Of a stretch of DNA of 26,717 bases, positions 1-10,736 are shown in pieces. The notes beneath the pieces were generated by a model, which was given only the letters and a program-made list of their open reading frames with translations, was not told the DNA's origin and searched no databases. The translations under genes and the position numbers were made by a program. The DNA is taken from contig NW_005201349.1 of the NCBI RefSeq assembly GCF_000372725.1, forward strand, positions 384,723 through 411,439, written 5' to 3'. Source of the DNA: Emiliania huxleyi CCMP1516 (Eukaryota). How positions within the stretch are numbered: the stretch's first letter is position 1; every line of letters begins with the position of its first letter.

Positions 1-43
1 CCCGAAGGGCATACTCAACCCCGGCAAAGTCCTGCCGCCGTGA
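1..43 (+). CDS. 3' end (partial) of an FAD-linked oxidase, D-lactate/D-2-hydroxyglutarate dehydrogenase-like
   Basis: Frame from base 2 reads PKGILNPGKVLPP-stop (TGA 41-43), matching the C-terminal DPxGILNPGK motif of FAD-oxidase_C proteins. Confidence 0.7.
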   Translation, partial: PKGILNPGKVLPP

Positions 44-215
44 CGGGGCCATTCTCTTGACACTTGAGAAACGGGGATCGGAACAGTTAGTATGTGACGG
101 CCCGGCCCGGTGCACGGCCCGGCCGGGGGTTGTGTGTACGGTTGCTGTAAGTATGTAAGACCACCTATATGTGGCATTCGCGCTAACGCGGAAACATATC
201 GCGCCCCTCCGTTCG

Positions 216-300
216 TCGGGACCGTCGTGCGCTGCCCTGCTTCGGGACCGTCGTGCGCTGCCGCTGCGTCGGGACCGGCGTGCCCTGCCGCTGCGCCCGG
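216..300. repeat. Short imperfect tandem repeat (TCGGGACCGTCGTGCGCTGCC-like, 3 copies)
   Basis: Three near-identical copies start at about 216, 243 and 269. Confidence 0.6.
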
Positions 301-493
301 TGATCCTCGCCATCCGCATCGCCCACCGCGACGCGTCCGTCGTCCACTACGGCTTTGCGCCACCTCCCATCCGATGGGATGGACATGCGCTGTGCCACCT
401 TTGCATGCATGATGGCCGGCTCTCTCTGTGCGGGTGTGCGGCACCGTCCGCAGAGCCGGCGAAGGCAACAGCCCACGCGCACCTCGTCACAGG

Positions 494-1855
494 TCACAGC
501 TTGAGGCGACGCACGCTCACGATGGACACGGACACCTTGCGGCCGTAGCTCAAGGCGCACGGATACACGGGCCCAGTGATGCCCTTTGCCTTGTGTGGCA
601 CCTCCACGCCGTCGATGAAGAAGGTCACCTGCCCCGCCGCCATGTCCACGAGCATGCGCGCCTCCGCGCCAATGGGGAACTCGTAGCCACGCGGTGTCAA
701 CCCCTCCTTGTGGTTCTCGCTGTACACCATCCTATGGAAGCGACGCAGCCACCAGACATTAGGCATGCCATTGGAGTTGCTCTCAAGGCGGTCGCAATTG
801 TCTCTGACGATGCCGAAGCCCGAAACTGCAGCCGAGAGATCGGCGCCGTCCTCGGTCAGTTTGAAGACGACCTCGTAGGTGCCCGAAGCGATCAGCGTGT
901 CGACGCGCACGAGACCCTTCTGCGTGGTCATCGTCTCGCCAGCGGCCGAGACGTTCGCTGCATCGTGGCCCTCGAGCACCCACTTGGGGTTGAGCGGCCC
1001 GCCGGTTCGGGGCGTGGTGCGCGGCGTGGCGGCGCCAAAGGACTTTTCCTTCATCGCCTGGGCGAGCACCTTGAACGCGGCGGCCGTGTTCATGAGCGGC
1101 TCGGTCTCCACGTGCTCGGTGAGAAAGTCGGCGCTCATCGTCGAGAAGCGAACGTGTTCGAGCAGCGCGGCGACCGTGCTCTCCTCCCGCACCGCCGGCG
1201 CCTGCGCGCGCAGCCAGCGGACCAGCGCGGTGAAGACGGCGGCCTCGTCGGCCTCGACCTCGTCACTGGCGAGCAGCGCAGAGAGCATCTCGTGGCTCAG
1301 CTGCACAAAGTCGTCGGTCGCCGCGACGTCCGCAAAGTGCTTGAGCGTGTGCTGCCGGGCCGTGGCCGCCAGCTCGGGCAGGCTGGCGCGGTCCGCAAAG
1401 ATCCACGTGCTCAGCGCGTTTGCCACGGAGATGCGCTCCTTGAGCGCCGCCGTGAGCGCCTCGGCCAGCGGTGCCACCTGCAGACGCGACGCCGCCTCGA
1501 GCAGAGGCACCAGCAGCTCCTCGGGAACGTTGCAGCTGCCCTCGTAGATGAAGGAAAGCACGCCTTCGAAGACCGACGCCTTCATGTCCTTGAGCTGGTG
1601 CTCGGCGCTGTCGGCGAAGCGGTCGCCGGGCAGCAGGGCGCGGAAGTAGTCCGACGCTGCCGCGAGCTTGAGCTTGTGCACGGCAAACGCGGAGCCGTCG
1701 ACCGTCACCGTGAGATCGCACAGCTCGCCCGCGCGCCACATCGCAGCCTCCGCCTGGAGTTGCGGATTGTCCACGTCGTGCGACGTTTTGAGAGCGACCA
1801 ATGGTGCCGACGAGGCAGCGGCCGCGTCGGCGCGAGCGCGCTTGCGTGGTGGCAT
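494..1855 (-). CDS. BTB/POZ-BACK protein with a C-terminal SPRY/B30.2-like domain (probable Cullin-3 adaptor), intronless, about 453 aa
   Basis: BTB signature LCDLTVTVDGSAFAVHKLKLAAASDYFRALL; BACK region (FVQLSHEMLSALLASDEV, EAAVFTALVRW, LLEHVRF); SPRY-like end (MLVDMAAGQVTFFIDG...GPVYPCALSY). ATG at 1855 is followed by the NLS-like PPRKRAR. Confidence 0.85.
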   Translation of the reverse strand: MPPRKRARADAAAASSAPLVALKTSHDVDNPQLQAEAAMWRAGELCDLTVTVDGSAFAVHKLKLAAASDYFRALLPGDRFADSAEHQLKDMKASVFEGVLSFIYEGSCNVPEELLVPLLEAASRLQVAPLAEALTAALKERISVANALSTWIFADRASLPELAATARQHTLKHFADVAATDDFVQLSHEMLSALLASDEVEADEAAVFTALVRWLRAQAPAVREESTVAALLEHVRFSTMSADFLTEHVETEPLMNTAAAFKVLAQAMKEKSFGAATPRTTPRTGGPLNPKWVLEGHDAANVSAAGETMTTQKGLVRVDTLIASGTYEVVFKLTEDGADLSAAVSGFGIVRDNCDRLESNSNGMPNVWWLRRFHRMVYSENHKEGLTPRGYEFPIGAEARMLVDMAAGQVTFFIDGVEVPHKAKGITGPVYPCALSYGRKVSVSIVSVRRLKL

Positions 1856-1901
1856 ATCGGCCGCGCGCACGCAGGCGCTCGCTCGCCCCCCACGTTGTTT
1901 C

Positions 1902-2164
1902 TCACGTCTCTCTTACATAAACGCACAACTCCGGACCCATGGCCGCACGGAAGATGTCAGCCTCAAACATCCACTGCGAAGTGGCTTTGAGGAGCTCCTG
2001 GTCATCGAGGCAGGCGAGGACATACTCCGACTGCCGCTCGATGGCCTCGTTGACGAAGAACATGCCGGAGTCGTGCATGGCCTCAGTCCTGCGAGTGCGC
2101 AATGCGACGGCCATATTCCATTGCCAAATTTGTCGGGTAAAATAATTGGCGAGAATTTTCTCTG
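1902..2164 (-). pseudogene. Protein-like ORF fragment truncated by the adjacent repeat element, function unknown
   Basis: EKILANYFTRQIWQWNMAV...ELCVYVRET-stop has ordinary protein composition, which changes abruptly to low complexity at the repeat boundary near 2165. Confidence 0.3.
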
Positions 2165-4207
2165 TAGGTGTATGGTCGGCACCAAAATCAGTGGTCTCAC
2201 CGGCGGGCCCTCCTACTGCCAACCGGGCTCGAAGGCGCGGTGAACACAACCGCCTCGAGCGTACGCTCAAACACGAGCCGAGCAGGGTGGAGGGGGGGCG
2301 GCGCGGGCGAAGAGGCGGGAGAGCTGGGTCCGTGCGCTCTGCTGCTGGGGGTCGGGACCCCCCCCCCCAGCAGCAGCGCTCTGCTGCTGGGGGGGTCAGA
2401 CCCCCCCCCCTAGCAGCAGGGATGGCTTTAGATGTGCAGGGGGGTACCGAGCAATGTGCGGCCGCTCCGTCCTCCGAACCGGTTCGCAGTTGCTGCCCAA
2501 GAAGCTCGAGGCGTGGGCGAACGAGCCGCCCCTGAGGCCCCACACCAGGCGGTGCGGCCGCCAGTGCCGCCATCGTTTCCGCCACCCGCACTGCCACTTC
2601 CGCCCCCACCACTGGAACGGCTGCAGGGTCGTGGGGCCGCCCCAGCGGCTCCATACCAGGCGTTTTGGCCGCGAGGGCCGCCACCGTGCCCGCCGCCCCT
2701 GCCACCGCCTCCACCCCCGCCACCGGCGGGGCCGCCGCCGTATGGACCCGCTCGGAATAACCTGGGGGGCCCGGGACCGCCCCGCCGGAGGCTGGTGTGC
2801 CCGGGAGGAGGAGATGGGGGAGGGGAGTCGCTGCAATACGATAACGGACCCGCCGGCGAACCGGAGGGCCGTGGCCGGAGGGCCCCGGGGGGGGCTTGGG
2901 GTCAACTTTCGGAGGAGGTGAGAGTCGAGCTGACTCGGCCTCTGCGAGTGGAACCGGGCCGTGTGAGCCCACCAGGGGTAGACCCGTCGCGGCGTTGGAT
3001 AGACCGCCGTGACTCACGACAAAAGGGACCGCGCCTTCCCGAGTTTAGTGAGGAGCAGGATGAAGGGGAGGGCGAGCCGAGGACGATAGAGAGGCCACGG
3101 GCGCGGGCGCGACTCGCTGACCGGGGAGAGCCGGCCCGACCTTCCGGAGAGGAGTGGCGACGAGTGATGCCGCCGCCCTCACCCGGGGAGTCGGGCGTGG
3201 GATCGCCGGAGGCGGAGTCAACAGGATCAGGCAGAGAAGACGAGACGGCGGCGGGGCCGCAGCCGAAAAAGGCTAGGAGGGGAGGTCGGGCCCCGCGCCC
3301 GTCGCACAACTATCGGGATGCGGCCAGGAGGAAGGACCGAGAGGTGGGGGAAGACGCCCCGGAGTGAAAGTTGGGAGACCTCGAAGAGGGGCCCGGTGTG
3401 CCCAGGTGCCGGGTGTGGATGGGCGTCGAGTCCGTGTCGAGTGTTACAAGCTCCGAGTAGAGGGGGCGTTCTGCTGCTAGGGGAAACCTGGAGCGCGGAG
3501 CTAACCCTCGGAGACCCGTGTTTACTTTACAGCCCTTGCCCTGCGAACGCGCACCCCCCCTAGCTAGGGGTCAGGGCTCTCTAGCCCGTAGCCCGATCCC
3601 GATCATCCGGCCCGCTGGGTGCGCTTCTGAGCTCCCCGGCCCTGGATGTGAGGTTAATGACTGCACTCCAAGTGCTCCAAATTCATGTTTGTCTCTCTAG
3701 CACCCCCCCTAGCTAGGGGTCAGGGCTCTCTAGCCCGTAGCCCGATCCCGATCATCCGGCCCGCTGGGTGCGCTTCTGAGCTCCCCGGCCCTGGATGTGA
3801 GGTTAATGACTGCACTCCAAGTGCTCCAAGTGCTCTAGGTGTATGGTCGGCACCAAAATCAGCGGTCTCACCGGCGGGCCCTCCTACTGCCAACCGGGCT
3901 CGAAGGCGCGGTGAACACAACCGCCTCGAGCGTACGCTCAAACACGAGCCGAGCAGGGTGGAGGGGGGGCGGCGCGGGCGAAGAGGCGGGAGAGCTGGGT
4001 CCGTGCGCTCTGCTGCTGGGGGTCGGGACCCCCCCCCCCCCCCAGCAGCAGCGCTCTGCTGCTGGGGGGGTCAGCCCCCCCCCCTAGCAGCAGGGATGGC
4101 TTTAGATGTGCAGGGGGGTACCGAGCAATGTGCGGCCGCTCCGTCCTCCGAACCAGTTCGCAGTTGCTGCCCAAGAAGCTCGAGGCGTGGGCGAACGAGC
4201 CGCCCCT
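2165..4207. mobile_element. LTR-like or DIRS-like non-autonomous element: about 370-bp direct repeats (2165-2533, 3836-4207) around a Pro/Arg/Glu-rich ORF (2432-3367) and an internal duplication of about 130 bp (3551-3680, 3700-3829)
   Basis: Both copies run from TAGGTGTATGGTCGGCACCAAAATCAG to GAACGAGCCGCCCCT and differ only by a few substitutions and small indels around the poly-C/G tracts. No RT, integrase or recombinase motif and no clear TSD were seen. Confidence 0.7.
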
Positions 4208-4543
4208 CAATGGGGCAGGGGCGACCATGGACCAATGCGATCTCGGAGGAAGAGTGGAGCGACAATGAGGATGAGTAGAGCGGCCGATGTGGGCCCTCTC
4301 GGGTCGGATTGTCCGACTGAAAAGAAAAAAAACGCTGCGCAGCGCGCACAGACACCACACAGTCTCAGCGCGAGAGAGTCACCCGAGTCACTGACTTTGA
4401 GTCAGCCGAAAGAGTGGAACATATTGCATCAAGAGTCTGCAGTTTTCTAATAGAGACCTCTTGCCCTGAAATCTAAGTGGTCGCCCCTTCCCTGTGGCCG
4501 CAGCTTCTTAAACCTCGCCCCGATCTCACGCCGCCGTCTCACG

Positions 4544-7500
4544 CTACCGCCGCGCAGCCAGGCCGCTGGCACCCGCCGCCGCCGCCTCCTCCGCCGGCTC
4601 CTCGGCGAGGTCCTCCACCTCGAAGCAGGGCGAGTGGCCCGCCCCGAGCAGCCGCAGCCGCGACGCGTGGAAGGAGAGCAGCGACGGCCGGTGCCCCACC
4701 GAGACGTAGGTGATGCCGGGCACCGCCGCGAGCGCCTTTGGTGAGTACTTCTCATTGAGTCACGAATGAAAGACGTGGGCGGCTGCCGGCGCTTGCGGTC
4801 GCCTTGTACATGATCGCCTCGTTGTTGAGGTCGAGCGCCGACGTCGCCTCGTCCAGGATGGCGAGCCTTGGCTTGCTGACGAGCACGCGCGCGAAGGCGA
4901 GCCGCTGCTGCTCGCCCAAGCTGAGCTCGTCGCCCCAGTCGCGCACCGCGTCGAGCCCCTCGACACCTCGCTCCGCCAGCCGGTCGAGCTGCACCTATCC
5001 ACTCTCACTCCCCCACCCTCACCCACTCGTCGCGAGCCAGTGTTTGCCTCCCCCCCAGAGCCGGGTGAGCTGCGCCGTCGCGAGGGCGTCGAGCAAGCTC
5101 CCGTCCGTGCCGAGGCTGCTCCCCCTCGCCCACTCGTCGACAGTCCTCGGGTACACCAGCTGCTGCCTATTCACAGCTCTCTATTCACAGCTCTCCACTC
5201 GTCGACAGTCCTCGCGTACACCAGCTGCTGCCGCAGCGAGCCGAGCGTGCAGTACGGCCGCTGCGGCAGGAACATCGTGTCGGCGGTGTGCGGGCGAGCG
5301 ATGTCGCCCGAACCGCGGTCCCACAGCCCCGCGACGGCGCGCCTGTGCACCGCGGGGGACCTGTGAAAGAGGCGCCGTTCTCAGCCGCTTGTCCCGCAGC
5401 CCCGCGACGGCGCGCAGCATCGACGACTTGCCGGTGCCGGAGTTGCCCATCACGAGGAGATGCCGCCCCGGCTGCACGTCCACAGACACGTTCGAGAAGA
5501 GGCGGCGCGAGCCTACGCCCCGTGCAATCTCGGACAACCTCGGACAGCGTCGGACGTCTCTTGGACCAGCGCCCGGGGAGGAGAGGCGGCGCCGTCCGGC
5601 GTAGACAGCGAGAGCTGGCGGACGGCCAACACGCCCCCGCCCGGGACAAGCCCCCCTTCGGCGTTGCGGACGCCACCGCGCGTCGGCGCGACGACACCCT
5701 CCAGCCGCAGCTCACCCTTCCTCCTCCGGGGAGGCGGCGGGGGCGCGCCTCCGCGGCCATACAGGACCCTCTCCCAAGCGGAGGGCGCCTAATCTCGCGC
5801 AATCTCGGGTGATCTCGCGCATCTCGGCCGATCTCGGGTGGTCTCTCCGCCGCGGAGGGCGCCTCGCCCCCCCCCGCAGCGGTCTGCGCCGCGGCGCCCG
5901 CCTCCGGTCCTGCGGGCGGGCCTCTGCGGCCGAACCTGGCGGCGAAGGGTCCGAGAAGGGTCCGAGAAGAACCCGAGGGGAGGGCGGCAGGGCGGGGCCT
6001 GCTGCGGCCGTACCGAAGCGCGTGCCAGAGGGAGGGGGTGCCTCCGCCCGCCTGTCCACAGCCTGAAGGTGTGAAGAGACGCCGCTCGCAGCGTGCCGCA
6101 GGGAGGGGGATGCCACGCGGCCGCCTCGGCCGAGGCCGCTGCTTCGGCCAGCTGGAAAGTGGCTGGCGAGGAGGAGGAGGAGGAGGGGCCCTGGTACGCC
6201 TCCATGCGGTCCACGAAGGTGGCGAGGCGGCCGAGGCCGGCCGAGAAGGAGGAGAGGCCTAGAAAAGGAAGGAGGCGTCCGGAAAAAGAAAAGCAGAGGT
6301 GCGCGCTGCGCGAGGCGGAGGAGCGGTCCCTCGAACTGGTTGACGATGATGGAGAGGTCTCCGAGTACGTGGTTGAAGGCGCCTGAGTTGAAGTCACCAG
6401 CTCACTTCGACATGAGGGAGAGGTCGCCGAGGAGCGTGGCTGAAGGCGCCCGTCGACTGGGTGATCACGCCGAGCTCGACGGAGCCGGCAAAGTAGAGCG
6501 GCGACACGACGAGCACGGGCAGGATTTGGATCAGGTACGAGTACCCCACCGTGAAGAACTCGAGGTTGCGCTGCGTGCCTTCAGTACTCAGCCGCTTGAC
6601 TTAACCAACTAGTCAATGAGTCAAGAACTCGAGGCTGCGCCGCGTGCCGAGGATCGCACGCTTGTTCTCGACGGCGCCGCCCAGTCGCGAGACTACCTCC
6701 TCCTCCTCCTGCGCCTCTCCGCGGTAGAAAGCGATCGACTCCGCATTCTCGCGCAGCCGCACGAGCGAGTAGCGCAGGTTCGCCTGCACTCTCCGGCACC
6801 CGTGCGCACTCGCGGACCATCTCCCGCCATCTCGGCAGACATCTCGCGCAATCTCGGGCTCGCCTCCCGCAGGAGCTGCTCGGCGTTTTGCCCGACGAGC
6901 GCCTTGCCGAGCTTGACGGTGGTCAGAGTGCCGACACCTAGGAGTGACTCACGAGTGACCGAATGGGCCCTGCCCCAGCCTGACGGCCGCCAGAGTCCCG
7001 ACGCCGGCGTAGACAAAGATGGCGTAGAAGAGGTTGGGGTAGATGGAGTAGAGGATGCCGGAAAAGGAGACGAGATCGATTGCGGCGGTCATCAGCGTGA
7101 TGAAGAAGTCGAGTGACACCTTGGACGCACCACGTGAGGAAGAGTGAGACATAGCACAGAAGAGAAGAGACACACAGTGGCGACGACGGCGAGGTGACCA
7201 CCTTGGTGAAGGCCTGCACGTCCTCGGTCAGCCGCTGGTCCGGGTTGTCGATCTCGGGGTCGATCTCAAGCTTGTAGTACGCCTGCACCGGAGGCAAGGC
7301 TCGAGCGAGGGGAGGGAGGGAGGGGGGCGCCTCGAGTGGTCTCGAGCTTGCGGCGCGCCTTGTCGGTGCAGTACTGCCGAGACAGCTCCGTGGTCATCCA
7401 CTCCCGCCTAGGGGAAGGTTCCGAGAAGGTGCCTGGAGGACGGGGTGCGACACCGGCATTCGCCTCGCGCGCCAGTTGAGGGCGAGGCGCTGGCGCTGGA

Positions 7501-7933
7501 ACTTGTAGAGGACAGTGAGCGGCGTCGCCACGGCGAGCCCGACGGCGTAGTTGGACGTCTTCTCCAGGAAGAGCGCCTGGTCCTTTGCTGAGAGCGCCGA
7601 GTAGAAGTCGCGGCCGACGTACGAAAAGATGACCGAGATGCCGCTGTTGATGAGGACGAGGAGCAGCATCAGACCAAAGTTCAGCTTCGCGCCCTCCGCG
7701 TTCGAAAAGTAGGGCACGGCCAGCCGCCAGAAGAGGCGCAGCCGCTCCTGGACTGTATCCTCACGTGCTGGTGCCGCGTGCTCCTCGCGCCGCTCCGTCG
7801 CCACCGGCTCGGAGCAGCGCGGCTGAGCCAAGGCATGGTGCGGGCGGGAGACGAGAGGCTGTCTGCTGAGGGTTAGGCTCGCGCCCGGCGAAACGCAGAG
7901 AAGCGCGATCGCAAAGGCACCGGATCGGGGCAT
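4544..7933 (-). CDS. ABCD-subfamily half ABC transporter (ABC_membrane_2 + NBD; plastid ABCD2/YddA-like), 14 or more exons
   Basis: The spliced model gives IDNPDQRLTED, the EAA region EANLRYSLVRLRENAESIAFYRG, Walker A GNSGTGKS, FLPQRPY, signature LSLGEQQRLAFAR, Walker B ILDEATSALD and SVGHR; the N-terminus is signal-like. Frame-consistent introns: 7408-7472, 7283-7358, 7120-7201, 6938-7004, 6784-6863, 6579-6647, 6383-6449, 6259-6328, 5343-5415, 5167-5231, 4995-5075, 4736-4802. Linker exons between about 5520 and 6100 are unresolved. Confidence 0.9.
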
Positions 7934-8179
7934 CGTCCAGAACGAGAATTTGGCCGGCTTTCTTTTCTTTTTAAGGAGCGGCTGAAACCTGAATTTTACA
8001 ACAAAGCTCCCTGAAACCAGAAACTGCGATGGACTAGCGATAAACTGCACAACACTGGGCACAGGACTGGCGCCTATGGCACTAACACAGGTACACCACG
8101 GGAGCCGCCTAAGCGACTCCTGCGAGGGTGGCGAGGCACTTAGCTCCGTGCACCCGCCCACCCCCGCCACAGGCAAGCT

Positions 8180-8490
8180 CATTCACAACCTGCTCTGCGA
8201 TTGATTGCCGTGTGAAGAACGACTGAGATACGCTGCTTCTGTGCTTCTGCAGCCCCAGCCAATTCTTAGTGGTCCAAGTCACCTCATCGAGGTACTGGGC
8301 CCGCGTCAGTTTGTTCTGTAGCACGTTCGCCGCCTTCCGGAGGATCTCGCCGACCCCCTTCCCGAACCCACCAAACGACTCGAACAGCAGCAGCTTGCAC
8401 CCTGCACGTCGACGTCCTTGTCTTCCCTGGCGTAGCGATAGTCCCCGCCGTAGGACGGTATGCGGCGGTCGCCGCCCACCACCCTGCCCC
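8180..8490 (-). mobile_element. Degenerate, frameshifted fragment resembling the C-terminal restriction-like endonuclease region of a non-LTR retrotransposon
   Basis: GDYRYAREDKDVDV / LLLFESFGGFGKGVGEILRKAA...TWTTKNWLGLQKHRSSV, split over two frames, resembles the (P)LxxETxG motif and following helices of RLE-type elements. Confidence 0.5.
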
Positions 8491-8544
8491 CCCTGGTATG
8501 CCAGCGCCCGGTCCCTTGCCCTCTCTCGCCCTTGCTCTTCCTCT

Positions 8545-8620
8545 CCCCCTCCATGCCGCCCCCCCCTCCCCCTCCCCCCCCCCCCCCTCTCCCTCCACCC
8601 CCCTCCCCCCCTCCCCCTCC
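8545..8620. repeat. C-rich low-complexity tract (CCCCCT-like)
   Basis: Nearly pure C/T run; G-rich on the minus strand. Confidence 0.8.
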
Positions 8621-8680
8621 TCGCAGTAGGGCCCATGCCCCATGACCATGTTCCGGTAGAATGATTCAGAACGAGAAAAC

Positions 8681-8827
8681 GTATGGCTCAAGCATGGCGA
8701 CGAGGTGGAGTGCACGGTGGAGGGGATCGGCACGCTGCGCAATTCGGTCGTGCAAACTTGTGACCATGTGCATGCGCACGCACATGCACATGTGCATCTG
8801 CATGTGATCGCTCGTGTGTGTCAATGA
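8681..8827 (+). pseudogene. Orphan C-terminal fragment of a fumarylacetoacetate hydrolase (FAH) family protein
   Basis: VWLKHGDEVECTVEGIGTLRNSVV matches the FAH C-terminal motif (WLKPGDxVExxIEGIGxLxNxV). No upstream FAH exons were found. Confidence 0.7.
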
Positions 8828-9107
8828 CACGCTGCCTTTTATCTCAACTCAAGACACAGAGAGAGCCGCCACCATAGAATGAGGGTTAGGTTTCTGGAGC
8901 CTCGGGTGCTTTTACGCTTTTGATCGGGTCAGGGGAGAGTTTTGGCTTTTGCCCCGGGCGGGCCCACTTTATTTGTCGTCGTGTTTTGCCCCAAATCTAC
9001 GCGGCCGACCGTGCTTTAGCGTTTTCCAAATCGGCCGAACTTTTAGGATACCCTCAGACTATGTGGCCGCCACGCAGGCATACAGGGCCGACCTGCCCTG
9101 GGAGGAA

Positions 9108-10700
9108 CTAGATCCTCATGACGCAACCCTCAGGGTAACCGCCCCACGAGAAGCGCAACCGCTCTCGCCACGGCGAGCGGTCCCGCCTAGAGGCACGGGA
9201 GCTGCGAGCTGGCCGCGCCTCTGCCGCGTCCAAGACGCTCCAGCTCCCGTCGGCGGGCGCGACCTCCTCGTGGTCGCGGATGATCCGGGTGTCAGAGCGG
9301 GGCGTCTTCAAGACCGGGGACCTGGGAGTGCCCTCAGGGTCGCTGCTACTTCCATCTGTGCGTGGCGTCTTGAGGCGAGACTTGAAGCGAGAAGGCGTGC
9401 CCTCGCCGCTAGCCGAGCCCGGTGTGTGCGGTGACGCCGCCTCGACGTGATGGTTGTTGGTTAGAGGATGCCAGCGTCGCCTGCGCCGGTGAAGGTAGCA
9501 AACGATGCAGCAGCACAGGAGCAAGATGATCAGGCATGTCACCATCAGTGCAACCTCAAGGCCGCTCAAGCGTTTGTCGCGCCTTTCCGGATTTTGGCCT
9601 GGCCCATCAGGATCGCCATTCTGGTCGATGAGCGGGGGTGGGCTGCTTGGGGGCGGCAAGGACCGCGGTGTCTTGAGGTGCGTCGAGTCGGGAGGTCCCT
9701 TTGTCCCTTCGGAGAGTCGACGGCTCGACGGCGCGAGCGTGCAGCTCGTCCCGCGAAAGAGGGTGCAGAGAGCACCGCGCACCTCGAAGCCGCACGTCGT
9801 GTCGTCCTTGGTCGAGGCGTCGCAACATTTGCCGTCGTTGGCCACCAGGCTAGAGTCTGTGTAACCCGCGATGGTTTCGCCTGAGTAGCTGTTCTCGTGG
9901 CCGGAGCACGACAGGGGAGGTGGCGGTGGCCTCGGACCCTTGCCGGGAGGGTGAGGCGGTGGCATGGGCGCCTTGCCAGGGGGATGCGGCGGCGACGGCG
10001 GCGGCGACGGCGGCGAGGGCGGCGACGGAGGCGGCGAGGGCGGCGAAGGCGGAGGCGACGGCGACGGCGGCGGAGAGGGCGGTGGCGGCGGCGGTGTCGG
10101 TGGAGAAGGCAGGGACGGTGGCGACGGCGGCGACGAGGGCGACGGAGGCGGCGAGGGCGGCGAGGGCGGCGAAGGCGGAGGCGGAAGCGACGGCGGCGGT
10201 GGTGACGGCGGCGGCGGTGGCGGCGGCGTGGGTGGCGAGGGGGGCGGAGAGGGCGGCGACGGAGGCGAGGGTGGCAACGGCGGCGGCAACGGCGGCGACG
10301 GCGGTGGCGGCGGCGACCTCGGCGGAGAGGGTGGTAAGGGCGGCGGCGAGGGCGGAGAGGGCAGGGAGGGCGGCGACGGCGGCGACGGAGGCGACGGCGG
10401 CGAGGGAAGCGGAGAGGGTGGCGGAGAGGGTGGGGACGGCGGCGACGGAGGCGACGGAGGCGGCGAGGGCGGCGAAGGCGGAGGCGGAAGCGACGGCGGC
10501 GGTGGTAGCGGCGGCGGTGGTGATGGCGGCGGCGGTGGCGAGGGGGGCGGCGAGGGCGGCGACGGAGGCGAGGGGGGCAACGGCGGCGGCAACGGCGGCG
10601 ACGGCGGTGGCGGCGGCGACCTCGGCGGAGAGGGTGGTAAGGGCGGCGGCGAGGGCGGCGAGGGCGGCAAGGGCGGCGAGGGCGGTGAGGGCGGCGAGGG

Positions 10701-10736
<36 letters not shown>

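Noticed and set aside
428..1990. 520-aa plus-strand ORF
   Set aside because: Antisense shadow of the BTB gene, expected with high GC3; no recognisable motifs.
4212..4493. 16-bp imperfect inverted repeat (GGGGCAGGGGCGACCA / TGGTCGCCCCTTCCCT) as a possible MITE
   Set aside because: Two mismatches, GC-rich and no TSD; could be chance or too decayed to call.
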